A stretch of 64,000 bases of DNA from an uncultured bacterium (GCA_964476585.1 CAYZBF010000002.1:66354-130353); one strand, 5' to 3'; positions 48,039-59,244 are shown, numbered from the stretch's first letter. The notes: generated by a model not told the origin, from the letters alone. Numbers and translations: made by a program.

Positions 48039-49615
48039 TATACCTCCTTCCTTATCACTGTGTGTTTCTTGTAACTTTCATTCTCATCTGGATGATCCTT
48101 GTTATAATGCAATCCACGTGATTCCTTCCTTGAGATAGCTGACCGTGTAATGAGATAGGCTACCGTAATAAGCGATCGGAGTTCTATAATATCCTGCGAA
48201 AGGTAACTATTTTTGTAGAGCTCTTCAATCTCTTCGAGATACAGTTCAAATCTTCTCTGGGCACGGTTGAGCAAATAATCCCTTCTTACGATACCCACAT
48301 AATCCCACATTGTCTGCTTTATTTCCTTCCTCGTATGGACAGCCAGAACACTCTCCTCAATAGTAGATCTTCTTTTCATTGAGGGTAAAAGGTCTTCTGG
48401 AGGAGGTCCTTGTATCATCCAATCCATTGCTACTTTTCCAGCCCTTGCCGAAAAGACAAGAGCTTCAAGAAGAGAATTGCTGGCCAATCGATTAGCGCCA
48501 TGGACTCCTGTAAAGGCAACTTCCCCGGCTGCCAATAAACCCCTTATATCTGTTTTTCCAAAAAGGTCGGTATAAACCCCCCCACACATATAATGTGCTG
48601 CAGGAACTACTGGTATTGGCTCTTTTGCTATATTAATTGAATACTTCAAACACTCCCTGTAAATATTCGGGAACTTTCTCTTTATCTCATCTTCATCTTC
48701 ATGAGATATATCAAGATAGACAAAATCTTCTCCCCTCTTCTTCAACACAGAATCACATGCCCTCGCCACTACATCTCGAGGGGCAAGCTCCATCTTTGGG
48801 TGAAATCCCTCCATAAATCTATTTCCTTCCTGGTCATATAACCGCCCACCTTCACCCCTGAGGGCTTCTGAGATGAGAAACTGTCTCTCCTGAGGTTCCG
48901 GAGTGTATAATGTGGTTGGGTGAAATTGGAAGAACTCCATATCTGCTATCTTACATCCAGCATTATAGGCCACAGCCACACCATCTCCTGTAGCAACACT
49001 TGGATTTGAAGTGTGCTGATAAACCTGTCCTGCTCCACCTGTAGCTAGAAGAGTCAATCTGGAAATAACCTGAATTATCTCTCCAGTGGATACATCAAGT
49101 GCATACGCCCCGTAGCAGGAATTATCTGCTATGATAAGTTCATAAGCAAGATGATGCTCGAATATCCGGATATTTGAATAGCTTTTTATGGCGGAAATAA
49201 GGGCCTTCTCAACCTCTCGTCCTGTAAAATCGCCAGAATGAACAATCCTTTTGTGAGAATGTCCACCTTCTTTCCATAATTCAAGTGCGGAAGATTCATC
49301 CCTGGTAAATTCTACTCCCCAGTTGATAATATCTTTTACCCTTGAGGGGCCTTCTCTAACCATTACATCAACGGCTTCCTCTTCAGATAATCCCTTCCCC
49401 ACCCGCAATGTATCTTCCTTATGACTTTCAAAGGAGTCTTCACTGTTAAAAACAGATGCTATACCACCTTGAGCATAATTGGTGTTTGCATCCGTCCTTT
49501 TCTTTTTGGTCAGTATAAGGATCTTACCTTTATCTATAACATGAAGTGCAAAGTTCAAAGCAGCGATTCCACTACCTATCAAGAGAAAATCAGTTTCTAT
49601 TCTTTTAATCTCCAA
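48038..49615 (-). CDS. nadB: L-aspartate oxidase NadB
   Basis: FAD-binding N-terminus (DFLLIGSGIAAL) and a fumarate-reductase-like fold. Confidence 0.85.
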   Translation of the reverse strand: MEIKRIETDFLLIGSGIAALNFALHVIDKGKILILTKKKRTDANTNYAQGGIASVFNSEDSFESHKEDTLRVGKGLSEEEAVDVMVREGPSRVKDIINWGVEFTRDESSALELWKEGGHSHKRIVHSGDFTGREVEKALISAIKSYSNIRIFEHHLAYELIIADNSCYGAYALDVSTGEIIQVISRLTLLATGGAGQVYQHTSNPSVATGDGVAVAYNAGCKIADMEFFQFHPTTLYTPEPQERQFLISEALRGEGGRLYDQEGNRFMEGFHPKMELAPRDVVARACDSVLKKRGEDFVYLDISHEDEDEIKRKFPNIYRECLKYSINIAKEPIPVVPAAHYMCGGVYTDLFGKTDIRGLLAAGEVAFTGVHGANRLASNSLLEALVFSARAGKVAMDWMIQGPPPEDLLPSMKRRSTIEESVLAVHTRKEIKQTMWDYVGIVRRDYLLNRAQRRFELYLEEIEELYKNSYLSQDIIELRSLITVAYLITRSAISRKESRGLHYNKDHPDENESYKKHTVIRKEV

Positions 49616-50859
49616 ATAGCAGCTCCTAACGTGGCTAACCTCGTTTCTATACTCTCATAACCTCTATCTATGTGATAAATCCTTGATATCTCTGTCGTCC
49701 CCTCTGCAGCAAGTCCAGCAATTAACAGTGCAGCAGAAGCACGAAGATCCGATGCCATAACCTGAGCTCCGCTTAGACATGGGACACCTTTGATAATTAC
49801 ATAGTCAACCTCACGCTTGAGATTTGCTCCCATCCTAACTAATTCTGGAACATGCATGAAGCGTTCTTCGAAGATTGAGTCCTTGACAACCGAAACACCA
49901 TTTGATAAGGAAAGGAGGCTGGTAAATTGGGCCTGCATATCAGTAGGAAAACCTGGATATGGTGCTGTTTCAATATCTATGGGCATTATATCTCCATCCA
50001 TTCTAACTCCAACACAGTCTTCTTCCAATGAAATAGTAGCCCCAATTTCCTTTAACTTGGAGAGAATCGATCCAATATAATTGCAGCTAACATCTCTAAG
50101 ATATATGTCTCCTCCGGTTATAGTAGCTGCTACAGCAAATGTTCCAGCCTCGATTCGATCAGGGATTACCCTGTATTTGCATCCCGAGAGTTTCTTGACT
50201 CCCCTGATCTCAATCTTACGAGTGCCTTCACCCTGAATATCGGCTCCACACCTCTTCAGAAAGTTTACAACATCTACAACCTCTGGCTCCATGGCTGCAC
50301 CTTCAATCATTGTAACCCCATCGGCTTTTACTGCTGCCATCATTGTATTGATGGTTGCACCAACTGAAGGACCGTTTGGTCCAAGAAGTAGGATCTTAGA
50401 ACCTTTCAATCTTTCCCCGTAGCCTTCAATATATCCATGAACCACTGAGATATCCGCCCCAAGTGCTTTAAGGCCTTTTATATGGAGATCAATGGGTCTG
50501 GGGCCAATAGCACACCCTCCAGGTAAAGAAACCCTTGTTCTACCCAACCTTGAAAGAAGAGGACCCAGGACGTAATAACTCGCCCTCATTTGTTTAACCA
50601 AATTATAAGGGGCCTCAAATCCAACCGCTCCTCTCGTATCAATATAAATGGTATCATCTTCTAGAGAGATAGAAACTCCAAGGGTTTCCAATACCCTCTT
50701 CATGGTAAAAATATCCCTGACCCTTGGGATATTTTCTATAATAAATTCATCCTCTGCTAAAAGAGTAGCAGCAAGAATAGGAAGCGTAGAATTCTTAGCA
50801 CCTTTAACACTAACGTCCCCAACTAATCTCTTCCCGCCTTCAATGACAAACTTATCCAT
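49597..50859 (-). CDS. murA: UDP-N-acetylglucosamine 1-carboxyvinyltransferase MurA
   Basis: EPSP-synthase fold with the MurA active-site Cys region (PGGCAIGPRPID). Confidence 0.9.
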   Translation of the reverse strand: MDKFVIEGGKRLVGDVSVKGAKNSTLPILAATLLAEDEFIIENIPRVRDIFTMKRVLETLGVSISLEDDTIYIDTRGAVGFEAPYNLVKQMRASYYVLGPLLSRLGRTRVSLPGGCAIGPRPIDLHIKGLKALGADISVVHGYIEGYGERLKGSKILLLGPNGPSVGATINTMMAAVKADGVTMIEGAAMEPEVVDVVNFLKRCGADIQGEGTRKIEIRGVKKLSGCKYRVIPDRIEAGTFAVAATITGGDIYLRDVSCNYIGSILSKLKEIGATISLEEDCVGVRMDGDIMPIDIETAPYPGFPTDMQAQFTSLLSLSNGVSVVKDSIFEERFMHVPELVRMGANLKREVDYVIIKGVPCLSGAQVMASDLRASAALLIAGLAAEGTTEISRIYHIDRGYESIETRLATLGAAIWRLKE

Positions 50860-52570
50860 TTCTTTTAATTACTTTTAGAAGAGCATTGAGATCCAGGGTA
50901 TTTATTATTGCATCGGCTGGTATCCATGCCCTTCTGGCAATACCAACTCCAAGTACCATCCAATCAAACATCCGTAGATCATGAGCATCGGTATTTATAC
51001 AAAGTTTAATTCCTTTTTTATAAGCTTTTCTTGCATTATGTAAATTGAGATCTAATCTATCATAGTAAGAGTTTATTTCAAGGACCTTCCCTTCTGTACT
51101 GGCCTTCTCCATTACCCTTTCCAGGTTAACATCATACCCTTTTCTACCTGATATGAGACGCCCTGTTGGGTGAGCCAGGATTGTAAGATAGGGATTCTCC
51201 AGAGCTTTTTCCATCCTCTCTGTGACTTTCTTTTTAAAGTTAGAATGTATCGCCCCAATCACAAAATCAAGGGTCTTTAGAACATCATCATCATAGTCAA
51301 GGCTTCCATCCGGAAGGATATCGCATTCTATTCCTTTTAATATCTTAATTTTATCAAATTCTTCATTGAGTTTATCAATCTCTTCGGACTGTCTTTTAAG
51401 TTCGTCAACCGATAATCCATTGGCATAGATTGCAGTTCTTGAATGATCCGTGATACCAAGATATAAGTATCCCAATTCAAGAGCTCTTTTAGTAAGTTCT
51501 CTAATTGTATTCTCTCCATCTGAGTATTTACTATGAGTGTGGAGATTTCCTTTTATATCATCATACCCCACCAATTGTGGAAGTTTGCCTTCCATGGCTT
51601 TTTGAATCTCTCCTCTATTTTCCCGGATTTCAGGCGGTATAAACTGCAAATTCAGGAGCTTATAAATCTCCTCCTCAGTTTCACCTGCTACTTTTGTATT
51701 ATTCTTAAAAACACCGTATTCATTAACTTTTAACCCTTGCTTTAAAGCTAAGCTGCGAATACGCACGTTGTGGTCCTTTGAACCGGTAAAATACATGAGT
51801 GCTGCCCCATATGATTCCTTTGGGATAACACGAAGATCCATCTGTATATCTAAACCTTCTATCACTACAGAGGTCTTTGTCTCACCGGATTCAAGAATTT
51901 TCTTTATCTCAGGAAATGAAGTAAACTTCTTCATCACTCTTATGTTGTCATTTGATTCAACAAGAATGTCTATATCACCTACCGTCTCCTTCATTCTCCT
52001 ATAGGAGCCTGCAGGAGCTACCCGTGAAACTGAATCAACGCTTTTCAACTTACCTACAATCTGATCCACAGTTGCCATAACCTCTCCTATCCCGAAACGT
52101 CTTTTCCTTCCCATTCTTTCTTCGTATACCTTTATATTCTCCATAGTTTTCTCTGCTGTTCTTCCTCCCAACCCTTCTAATTTCTGAAAAGAACCATCTT
52201 TTATAACCCTCTTCAGGTCATCTAAATTCTTTATCCCTAATTCTCTATGGAGAGCCATAAGTGTCTTTGGACCAAGATCCCTTATCTCAAGAAGAGCAAG
52301 AAGGGATTTTGGTATATCCCGAGTAACCTCTTCATACTTAGACATTTTCCCGGTTTCCAAATATTCCTTAATCTTTTTAGCTATCCCTTCCCCTACACCA
52401 GGTATATCTGTAAGAGACCCATTTTTATTTATCTCCTCTATGTCCTCTGAAAGGTCTTTTATTGCCCGTGCAGCCCGTTCGTATGCTCTTATCTTAAAGA
52501 AATTTTCATTTTTTAGGGCTAAAGTTTTAGCGATCTTTGAAAAAATTTCAGCAACCTCGTAGTTCTTCAT
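50852..52570 (-). CDS. polX: DNA polymerase X family protein with C-terminal PHP domain
   Basis: Pol-beta-like N-terminal HhH/palm motifs and PHP histidines (HTHSKYSDG). Confidence 0.85.
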   Translation of the reverse strand: MKNYEVAEIFSKIAKTLALKNENFFKIRAYERAARAIKDLSEDIEEINKNGSLTDIPGVGEGIAKKIKEYLETGKMSKYEEVTRDIPKSLLALLEIRDLGPKTLMALHRELGIKNLDDLKRVIKDGSFQKLEGLGGRTAEKTMENIKVYEERMGRKRRFGIGEVMATVDQIVGKLKSVDSVSRVAPAGSYRRMKETVGDIDILVESNDNIRVMKKFTSFPEIKKILESGETKTSVVIEGLDIQMDLRVIPKESYGAALMYFTGSKDHNVRIRSLALKQGLKVNEYGVFKNNTKVAGETEEEIYKLLNLQFIPPEIRENRGEIQKAMEGKLPQLVGYDDIKGNLHTHSKYSDGENTIRELTKRALELGYLYLGITDHSRTAIYANGLSVDELKRQSEEIDKLNEEFDKIKILKGIECDILPDGSLDYDDDVLKTLDFVIGAIHSNFKKKVTERMEKALENPYLTILAHPTGRLISGRKGYDVNLERVMEKASTEGKVLEINSYYDRLDLNLHNARKAYKKGIKLCINTDAHDLRMFDWMVLGVGIARRAWIPADAIINTLDLNALLKVIKRNG

Positions 52571-52658
52571 TCCTTTTTATTATAATTTCAAAAATATAAA
52601 AAGTCAACCATCAAACCTCTAACATTCGAGCCAACCCTTTGAGATTTTACTCAAATTA

Positions 52659-52687
52659 TTGACTTTTACTTTCTAATGAGTTATTAT
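52659..52687 (+). promoter_or_regulatory. sigma70-type promoter TTGACT-N17-TATTAT
   Basis: Seen directly; ~100 nt upstream of the TPR gene. Confidence 0.4.
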
Positions 52688-52793
52688 AAATCTACATCAG
52701 TATAGTAGAGTTAGAAAATAACCACAGAGGCATAGAGAACACAAAGTAGGCTTCAATTGTATGCTATTCTTGGCATAAGAAAGGAGGTACATT

Positions 52794-53501
52794 ATGCAAT
52801 ATTTACTTTTATTTCTTTCGTTAACAATTCAGGAGAAATTACTTAGAGTCGATTATCTATATGAGAACCGTCACACAGAAGAAAATTCTCTTGAGGAGAG
52901 TAAACTTTTACTTAAAGAAGTGCTTAATGAAGATTCAAAAAATGAAGCAGCGCTGTGGAAATTTGCTCGATTTTACTACACCTATGGAGATCAATCAACC
53001 GACAAAGATGAAAAAATTGACTTTTACGAAAAAGGTAAGGAACTATCCGAAAAATTGATAAAAATCAACGATAATAATCCCGAAGGGCACTTCTGGCTTG
53101 GTGTAAATCACGGAAGGATAGGACAGCAAAGAGGAGTAATGAAATCTTTATCCCTTGTCCCTACTATAAGAAGAGAATTTGAAAAGACACTGGAGTTGAA
53201 CCCAGAATATACAGGCGCAATGGATGGCTTGGCTGTATTGTACTATGAACTCCCGGGCCTCTTTGGTGGAAATTTAGATAGGTCACTTGAATTTCTTAAT
53301 AAAGCACTTGATATAGACCCCAACTACTCAATCCTCTATATAGACCTTGCAAAAGTATATATAAAGAAAAGGGAATACAAAATTGCAGAGGATTACCTGA
53401 ATAAGATGTTGGAATTAACGAACCCCACCCATCCCGCAGATTTCTATCTTAAGGATAAAAAAGAAGCGGAAAAGCTGTTGGGAGAAATCGAAGGGAAATA
53501 A
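52794..53501 (+). CDS. TPR-repeat protein
   Basis: Multiple 34-aa TPR-like repeats. Confidence 0.55.
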   Translation: MQYLLLFLSLTIQEKLLRVDYLYENRHTEENSLEESKLLLKEVLNEDSKNEAALWKFARFYYTYGDQSTDKDEKIDFYEKGKELSEKLIKINDNNPEGHFWLGVNHGRIGQQRGVMKSLSLVPTIRREFEKTLELNPEYTGAMDGLAVLYYELPGLFGGNLDRSLEFLNKALDIDPNYSILYIDLAKVYIKKREYKIAEDYLNKMLELTNPTHPADFYLKDKKEAEKLLGEIEGK

Positions 53502-53515
53502 AAAGGGAGGACAGA

Positions 53516-53971
53516 ATGACCAGGTTAATCACTTTACTAATTGTTGGATCATTATTTTTCTGTAGTTCTACACAAGCACAGGAGAGTGGGTTTGGATTAG
53601 GAGTTGTTATTGGAGCCCCTACTGGAATCGGTGTTAAGGTATGGATGGGAAAGGAAAAAGCAATTTGTGGAATCGCCGGTTGGTCATTAGAAGAATGGAA
53701 ATATGTTCATCTCCAAGGGGATTACGTATTCCATAATTTCAACATCTTTAAATTAGAAGAGGGAAAACTCCCAGTATACTACGGAATCGGAGGAAGGATC
53801 GTTATCCAAGACAAAGTAAGATTAGGTATCCGAATCCCAGCAGGTATGGATTACTTACTTCCGAAGGCACCTTTAGATATATTCCTTGAACTCGCTCCCC
53901 TGCTCTATATAATGCCTGAAACTAAGTTCTATCTTAATGGCTCTATTGGTATAAGATTCTTCTTCGGGTAA
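53516..53971 (+). CDS. small secreted beta-rich hypothetical protein (possible small OM barrel)
   Basis: Signal peptide, Gly/aromatic alternation, C-terminal ...RFFFG. Confidence 0.4.
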   Translation: MTRLITLLIVGSLFFCSSTQAQESGFGLGVVIGAPTGIGVKVWMGKEKAICGIAGWSLEEWKYVHLQGDYVFHNFNIFKLEEGKLPVYYGIGGRIVIQDKVRLGIRIPAGMDYLLPKAPLDIFLELAPLLYIMPETKFYLNGSIGIRFFFG

Positions 53972-54024
53972 GTTATAGTCAGGTTAATAAAAATTAGAAT
54001 CAAAATAGCAGTAGGCAGCAGGGA

Positions 54025-54801
54025 ATGGTTAGCAACGATCATATAAAATTTTTAGGAACCGCTGGTGCACGATATGTTGTTGCAAAGCAACTTAGATACT
54101 CAGCAGGAACTTTTATCAGAATGAGCCACAAAAACATCATCCTAGATCCTGGGCCAGGAACTCTTCTAAGATGTGCAAAATCAAGACCACCTATAGAGGT
54201 AACTGACCTTGATGCGATTATATTTACTCACGCACACATTGACCATACAAACGATGCAAACATCCTTATAGATGCTATGACAGAAGGAGGCATAAAAAAG
54301 AGAGGAATCCTCTTTGCTCCTATTAGCTGCCTTGAGGGCGAAAACCGAGTTATCTTGAATTATTTGAAGGATCTTTTAGAGAACATAATAATTTTAGAGG
54401 AGAATAAAAAATATAACATAGGGGAACTTTCATTTAATACATCCATAAAACATAAGCATCCCGTTGAAACCTATGGTATAATTTTCAATTTAAATGGAAA
54501 GAAGATCTCATTCATGGTAGACACAGAATACTTTCCCGAATTAATTAAAAGCTATAAGGATTCTTACATATTAGTGTTAAACGTGGTAAGGTATAAACCT
54601 CATAAGAGCGGTAAAGTAATGCATCTTTCTATAAGTGATGCCAAAGAGATTATTCGGAAAATAAAACCTGACAGAGTAATTCTAACACATTTTGGTATGT
54701 CAATGCTAAGAGCCAAACCATGGGAAGTTGCGGAAAGATTAACTTCCGAGTTGGGGGTAGAAGTGCGGGCTGCTTCAGATGGGATGAAAGTAGAACTTTA
54801 A
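54025..54801 (+). CDS. MBL-fold metallo-hydrolase
   Basis: HAHIDH motif. Confidence 0.75.
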   Translation: MVSNDHIKFLGTAGARYVVAKQLRYSAGTFIRMSHKNIILDPGPGTLLRCAKSRPPIEVTDLDAIIFTHAHIDHTNDANILIDAMTEGGIKKRGILFAPISCLEGENRVILNYLKDLLENIIILEENKKYNIGELSFNTSIKHKHPVETYGIIFNLNGKKISFMVDTEYFPELIKSYKDSYILVLNVVRYKPHKSGKVMHLSISDAKEIIRKIKPDRVILTHFGMSMLRAKPWEVAERLTSELGVEVRAASDGMKVEL

Positions 54802-54845
54802 GGGTAATCTATTTCAACCATCCTCTCGGCAGGAAGGAGGAAGTT

Positions 54846-55808
54846 ATGAAAACAAGAAAATTAGGTTATACTGATTTAAATCTGACAACTATTGGCCTGG
54901 GAACATGGGCAATAGGAGGTGGTGGTTGGAAATTTGGATGGGGTCCACAGTATGATAAAGACTCGATAGACACCATTTTATATGCGCTAGAATTAGGAGT
55001 TAACTGGATCGATACAGCGCCGATTTATGGATTTGGCCATTCTGAAGAAATAATAGGTAAAGCTATGGAAGGATTAGACAAAAGACCTTTCATTTCAACC
55101 AAATGTGGTCGGAGATGGGATAAGGATGGTAATATTTTTGGAAGACTTAAAAGAGATAGTATCCGAAGAGAAGTTGAAGAAAGTCTAAAGAGACTAAAAG
55201 TTGATGTTATTGATCTTTATCAAATTCACTGGCCAATACCTGATGAGGATATTGAAGAGGCCTGGGAAACAATAGCAGATTTTATAGAAGAAGGTGTAAT
55301 CCATTATGGAGGAGTCTCAAACTTTTCTCTAGAACAAATGGACCGAGTCCATGCGATTCACCCTGTAGCATCTCTACAACCACCCTATAGTCTGCTCAAG
55401 CGTGAGGTGGAAGACAAACTTCTTCCTTATTGTAAAGAGAACAATATCGGAGTCATTGTATATAGCCCAATGCAAAAGGGTTTGCTAACGGGAAGGTTTA
55501 GCAAAGAGAGAATCCAAAACCTGCCTAAGGATGACCACCGCAGCAGAGATCCGGACTTTCTCGAACCGAAAATAACTTTCAATCTTAAACTGATTGAGGC
55601 CTTAGGTCCCATTGCAAAAAAGAATAATAAAACCTTAGCACAGTTAGCCATAGCATGGACCTTAAGAAAAGAAGAGGTGACTGCTGCCATTGTTGGCGTA
55701 AGAGTGGCGTTTCAAATTGAAGAAACTGCAGAGGCTTCCAACTGGAAGCTTTCAGAAGAAGATATTACAAAAGTAGATGAGATTCTAAAGGAAAAAGAAG
55801 TCAAATAG
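54846..55808 (+). CDS. aldo/keto reductase
   Basis: AKR family motifs (IDTAPIYG, LQPPYSLL); ATG at 54846 is preceded by GGAGG. Confidence 0.85.
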   Translation: MKTRKLGYTDLNLTTIGLGTWAIGGGGWKFGWGPQYDKDSIDTILYALELGVNWIDTAPIYGFGHSEEIIGKAMEGLDKRPFISTKCGRRWDKDGNIFGRLKRDSIRREVEESLKRLKVDVIDLYQIHWPIPDEDIEEAWETIADFIEEGVIHYGGVSNFSLEQMDRVHAIHPVASLQPPYSLLKREVEDKLLPYCKENNIGVIVYSPMQKGLLTGRFSKERIQNLPKDDHRSRDPDFLEPKITFNLKLIEALGPIAKKNNKTLAQLAIAWTLRKEEVTAAIVGVRVAFQIEETAEASNWKLSEEDITKVDEILKEKEVK

Positions 55809-55969
55809 TACTGGTGGTAATAAAGTAATCTTTGATCTTTTTCCTTCTCCCCAAAAGTCCCAATTCTATATAAAGAATAATCATCACTATACTACCTAAA
55901 TGTAACATTTCCATACAGAGATATGGGTAGGTATGTATGAGAAAGAATAACAAAAATGATAATAAATCC

Positions 55970-55998
55970 TTGACAAATTAAGAATTTTTCATTATAAG
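55970..55998 (+). promoter_or_regulatory. sigma70-type promoter TTGACA-N17-TATAAG, ~230 nt upstream of the GntP-family gene
   Basis: Seen directly. Confidence 0.45.
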
Positions 55999-56231
55999 CT
56001 GATTAAATGAGTCAAGTGTGCTTTTCTAAAAAAGTGGGAAAGTTCATGCACTTGGTGGTACAGTTAGAAAGTTAAAAATAATGTCAAAGGAAAGGACTAA
56101 ACAATTAAGGGTGGCTAAAATCCATAAAAAGTTCATAAAACTTTGTCATGTACATTTCAGTAATGAAAATTCAAACTCTTACAGAGTGATACGAAGGTCA
56201 ACATGGGCAAAGTCCTTTTAAAGGGGGTAAT

Positions 56232-57575
56232 ATGGTACAAGGACCAATGTTGATAGTTATATTAGTATGCAGTGTGTTATTCATAGTGGTGATGACTGCA
56301 AAGGTTAGATTGAATGCTTTCATCGTGCTGCTTTTAGCAGCTTTTGGGGTCGGACTATTTACCGGTCTGCCATTAGATAAAATTACTGGGGCGATAAGAA
56401 ACGGCTTTGGAGGAACCCTGGGCTATATTGGAATTGTAATTATTGCAGGGACTATTATTGGCACAATCTTAGAAAAGACAGGAGCAGCTCTCAGTATGGC
56501 TAACTGCATTTTAAGAATTGTGGGTAAGAAGCGAGCCGATTTAGCCGTGAGTATAGCAGGATATATCGTATCTATTCCTGTATTTTGTGATTCAGGTTTT
56601 GTCATACTAACGCCCTTAAATAAAGCACTTGCAGAAAGAACTAAGCGTTCCATGGCGGTTATGGGAACTGCGCTGGCAACAGGCCTTTATGCAACTCATG
56701 TGTTTGTGCCACCTACTCCCGGACCCATTGCTGCCGCAGGGCTCCTGGGAGCCGATTTAGGTAGGGTTATCCTATTGGGACTCATTGTTTCTGTCCCGGC
56801 TATGCTCATTGGTTGGGTTTGGGCCAGAAAAATTGGAGGAAAATTTGACATTGAAGCCAAGCCTGAATTCACATATGATGAATTAATAGCAAAATATGGC
56901 GGATTTCCAAATGCAGCTCACTCCTTTGCACCTCTGGTTATTCCAATATTACTGATAGCATTAAAATCAGTGGCAGCCTTTCCTACCCATCCTTTCGGGA
57001 CAGGAACTACATCATCAATCATTCAATTTATTGGTGACCCAGTAACAGCTCTTTTAATCGGTGTCTTTATAGCACTGTCGTTGGTTAAGAAATGGAATGA
57101 AGAAGTATTAAGGGGCTGGATAGGACATGGGATAGTCAATGCTGCTGTAATACTTGCTATCACCGGTGCTGGTGGGTCTTTCGGACAGATCATTAAAACC
57201 ACTCCAATTGGTGATTATCTGGGTAACATATTAGCACCTCTTGGACTTGGAATCTTCTTACCATTCATCATAGCCGCCGCATTAAAGACTGCCCAGGGTT
57301 CATCAACCGTGGCTATGATTACAACACCTGCAATCATTGGTTCATTACTGCCCATGTTAGGGTTAGCTGGTCCCTGGGGTAGAGTGCTTACAGTCCTTGC
57401 AATTGGTGCAGGAGCAATGACTGTTTCCCACGCAAATGATAGTTACTTCTGGGTTGTATCTCGCTTTTCGGGCATGGATGTTCCAACTGCTTATAAGGTT
57501 TATACTACAGCTACCTTGGTCCTCGGATTAGTCTCTATGGCAGTAATCGCTATAATGGCAGTGATCATTCTATAG
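56232..57575 (+). CDS. GntP family permease
   Basis: ~12-TM protein with GntP/DsdX family similarity. Confidence 0.8.
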   Translation: MVQGPMLIVILVCSVLFIVVMTAKVRLNAFIVLLLAAFGVGLFTGLPLDKITGAIRNGFGGTLGYIGIVIIAGTIIGTILEKTGAALSMANCILRIVGKKRADLAVSIAGYIVSIPVFCDSGFVILTPLNKALAERTKRSMAVMGTALATGLYATHVFVPPTPGPIAAAGLLGADLGRVILLGLIVSVPAMLIGWVWARKIGGKFDIEAKPEFTYDELIAKYGGFPNAAHSFAPLVIPILLIALKSVAAFPTHPFGTGTTSSIIQFIGDPVTALLIGVFIALSLVKKWNEEVLRGWIGHGIVNAAVILAITGAGGSFGQIIKTTPIGDYLGNILAPLGLGIFLPFIIAAALKTAQGSSTVAMITTPAIIGSLLPMLGLAGPWGRVLTVLAIGAGAMTVSHANDSYFWVVSRFSGMDVPTAYKVYTTATLVLGLVSMAVIAIMAVIIL

Positions 57576-57703
57576 AAAATGCATGATGGCACGAGTGGTA
57601 AGTAAAAATTTGGGATAAAAAGGGAGGTTTATCATGGACTTTCGCTAAAGCGGCCAACAATAAAGGTATCAGGGAATATTTTAACCTTAAAAAGGGAGGT
57701 AAA

Positions 57704-59224
57704 ATGGAAGGAAGTATCAAAAAATTAAGTGTCATAGCTTTAGTACTCATCCTTGGACTTAGCATATCAGGTCAGGCTTCCACGTATGAGCAACCTCCAG
57801 TCAGCTGTGACACATGGGTAGCTATGTCAGATGCTACTGCTCCAGGTGCAACAATCCTTGGTAAGAATAGTGACCGTCCGATCTACGACTGTCAACCCTT
57901 AATGTTTCATCCAGGAAAGAAATATCCAAATGGTACCACGTTGAACCTTGAGTATATAGACATTCCACAAGTGAAAGAGACATATACAACATTGGGCTCA
58001 AGTCCTTACTGGTGTTGGGGTTACGAAGAAGGTGTTAACGAATACGGCGTTGCTATTGGAAATGAAGCAATATTCACAAAAACATTCAAGGAAGCCGCCG
58101 AGGCATACAAAAAAGGCAAGGGACCCGAATTAGGGCTTCTTGGAATGGATCTTCTGAGACTCGGTCTCGAGAGAGGAAAAACAGCACAGGAAGCACTGGC
58201 TGTTATAACCAGTCTTCTTGAGAAGTACGGACAGTTTGGCTCAGGTGTCCCAACCGCTGACCATCCTGGGGGAGGATATGACAACTCATACATCATTGTT
58301 GACAGTAAAGAAGCATGGATTCTTGAGACTTGTGGGAAGCGTTGGGTAGCTAAGAAGGTCACAAAAGGGACAACTTCTATTTCCAACCAACCAAGCATCA
58401 GAACCGAATGGGATAAAGCTTGCTCAGATCTTGTCGAGTATGCAATTAATAAAGGTTGGTGGCCAAGAGATAAAAAAGCATCCTTTGACTTCGCCTGGGC
58501 ATATATCGATCCAGAGACTCCTCGTCATCTCTCCCACTGTAGAATGATGATAACACGCAAGCTCCTTAAAGAAAAAGTTGGTGTTTTCTCTAAGGTAGAC
58601 GTCCGTTGGATGATGAGGATAGCAAGGGATCATTATGAAGGGACTTTCCTGGGAGGTCCATACTTTAATCCGGCTTCTCCAGACTTTCTGACAATTGACA
58701 TGTATGCATCCCCAGCTGGATTTACCTGGGGTAACACTGCCAGTTCCTGTGTGGCGGTCCTACCCACCTCCGACAATGAATTACCTGTGTTCTGGTGGGC
58801 TCCTACTCCTCCTGGTAACAGCTGTTATGTCCCATTCTTTGTCCATGGTAGCAAGTTACCTGATATAGTCTCTACTGCTGGTACCTTTGGGAAGAGGGTT
58901 GTTGCACCGAATATAGCAACACAAGACAGCTTCTCTGAAAATTCATACTGGTGGTTATTCAGAAACCTTCTTGATAAAACCAGAGGTGCACCTGTTGGAA
59001 GTAAGCCAGGTTATTGGGAAACACGCCATCCTACAGTTCGTGCAAAGTTTGACGCTCTCGAAAAGAAATTTGAAGCCGGACTTCCGAAGGTCATAAAGGA
59101 AGCTGTGAGTCTCAGGAAAGCTGGCAAAGAGGATGAAGCAGCAAAAGTCCTCGATGATTATACCGCTAAATGTGTAAAAGAAGTGGTAGAAACGATTAAC
59201 GAGCTAAGAAAGAAATTTGATTGA
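57704..59224 (+). CDS. secreted C69-family dipeptidase-like (Ntn-hydrolase, Cys nucleophile after signal peptide)
   Basis: Signal peptide followed by CDTWVAMSDATAPGATILGKNSDRP, resembling the C69 N-terminal block. Confidence 0.55.
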   Translation: MEGSIKKLSVIALVLILGLSISGQASTYEQPPVSCDTWVAMSDATAPGATILGKNSDRPIYDCQPLMFHPGKKYPNGTTLNLEYIDIPQVKETYTTLGSSPYWCWGYEEGVNEYGVAIGNEAIFTKTFKEAAEAYKKGKGPELGLLGMDLLRLGLERGKTAQEALAVITSLLEKYGQFGSGVPTADHPGGGYDNSYIIVDSKEAWILETCGKRWVAKKVTKGTTSISNQPSIRTEWDKACSDLVEYAINKGWWPRDKKASFDFAWAYIDPETPRHLSHCRMMITRKLLKEKVGVFSKVDVRWMMRIARDHYEGTFLGGPYFNPASPDFLTIDMYASPAGFTWGNTASSCVAVLPTSDNELPVFWWAPTPPGNSCYVPFFVHGSKLPDIVSTAGTFGKRVVAPNIATQDSFSENSYWWLFRNLLDKTRGAPVGSKPGYWETRHPTVRAKFDALEKKFEAGLPKVIKEAVSLRKAGKEDEAAKVLDDYTAKCVKEVVETINELRKKFD

Positions 59225-59244
59225 GGCGGAAACTAAGTGATCTT

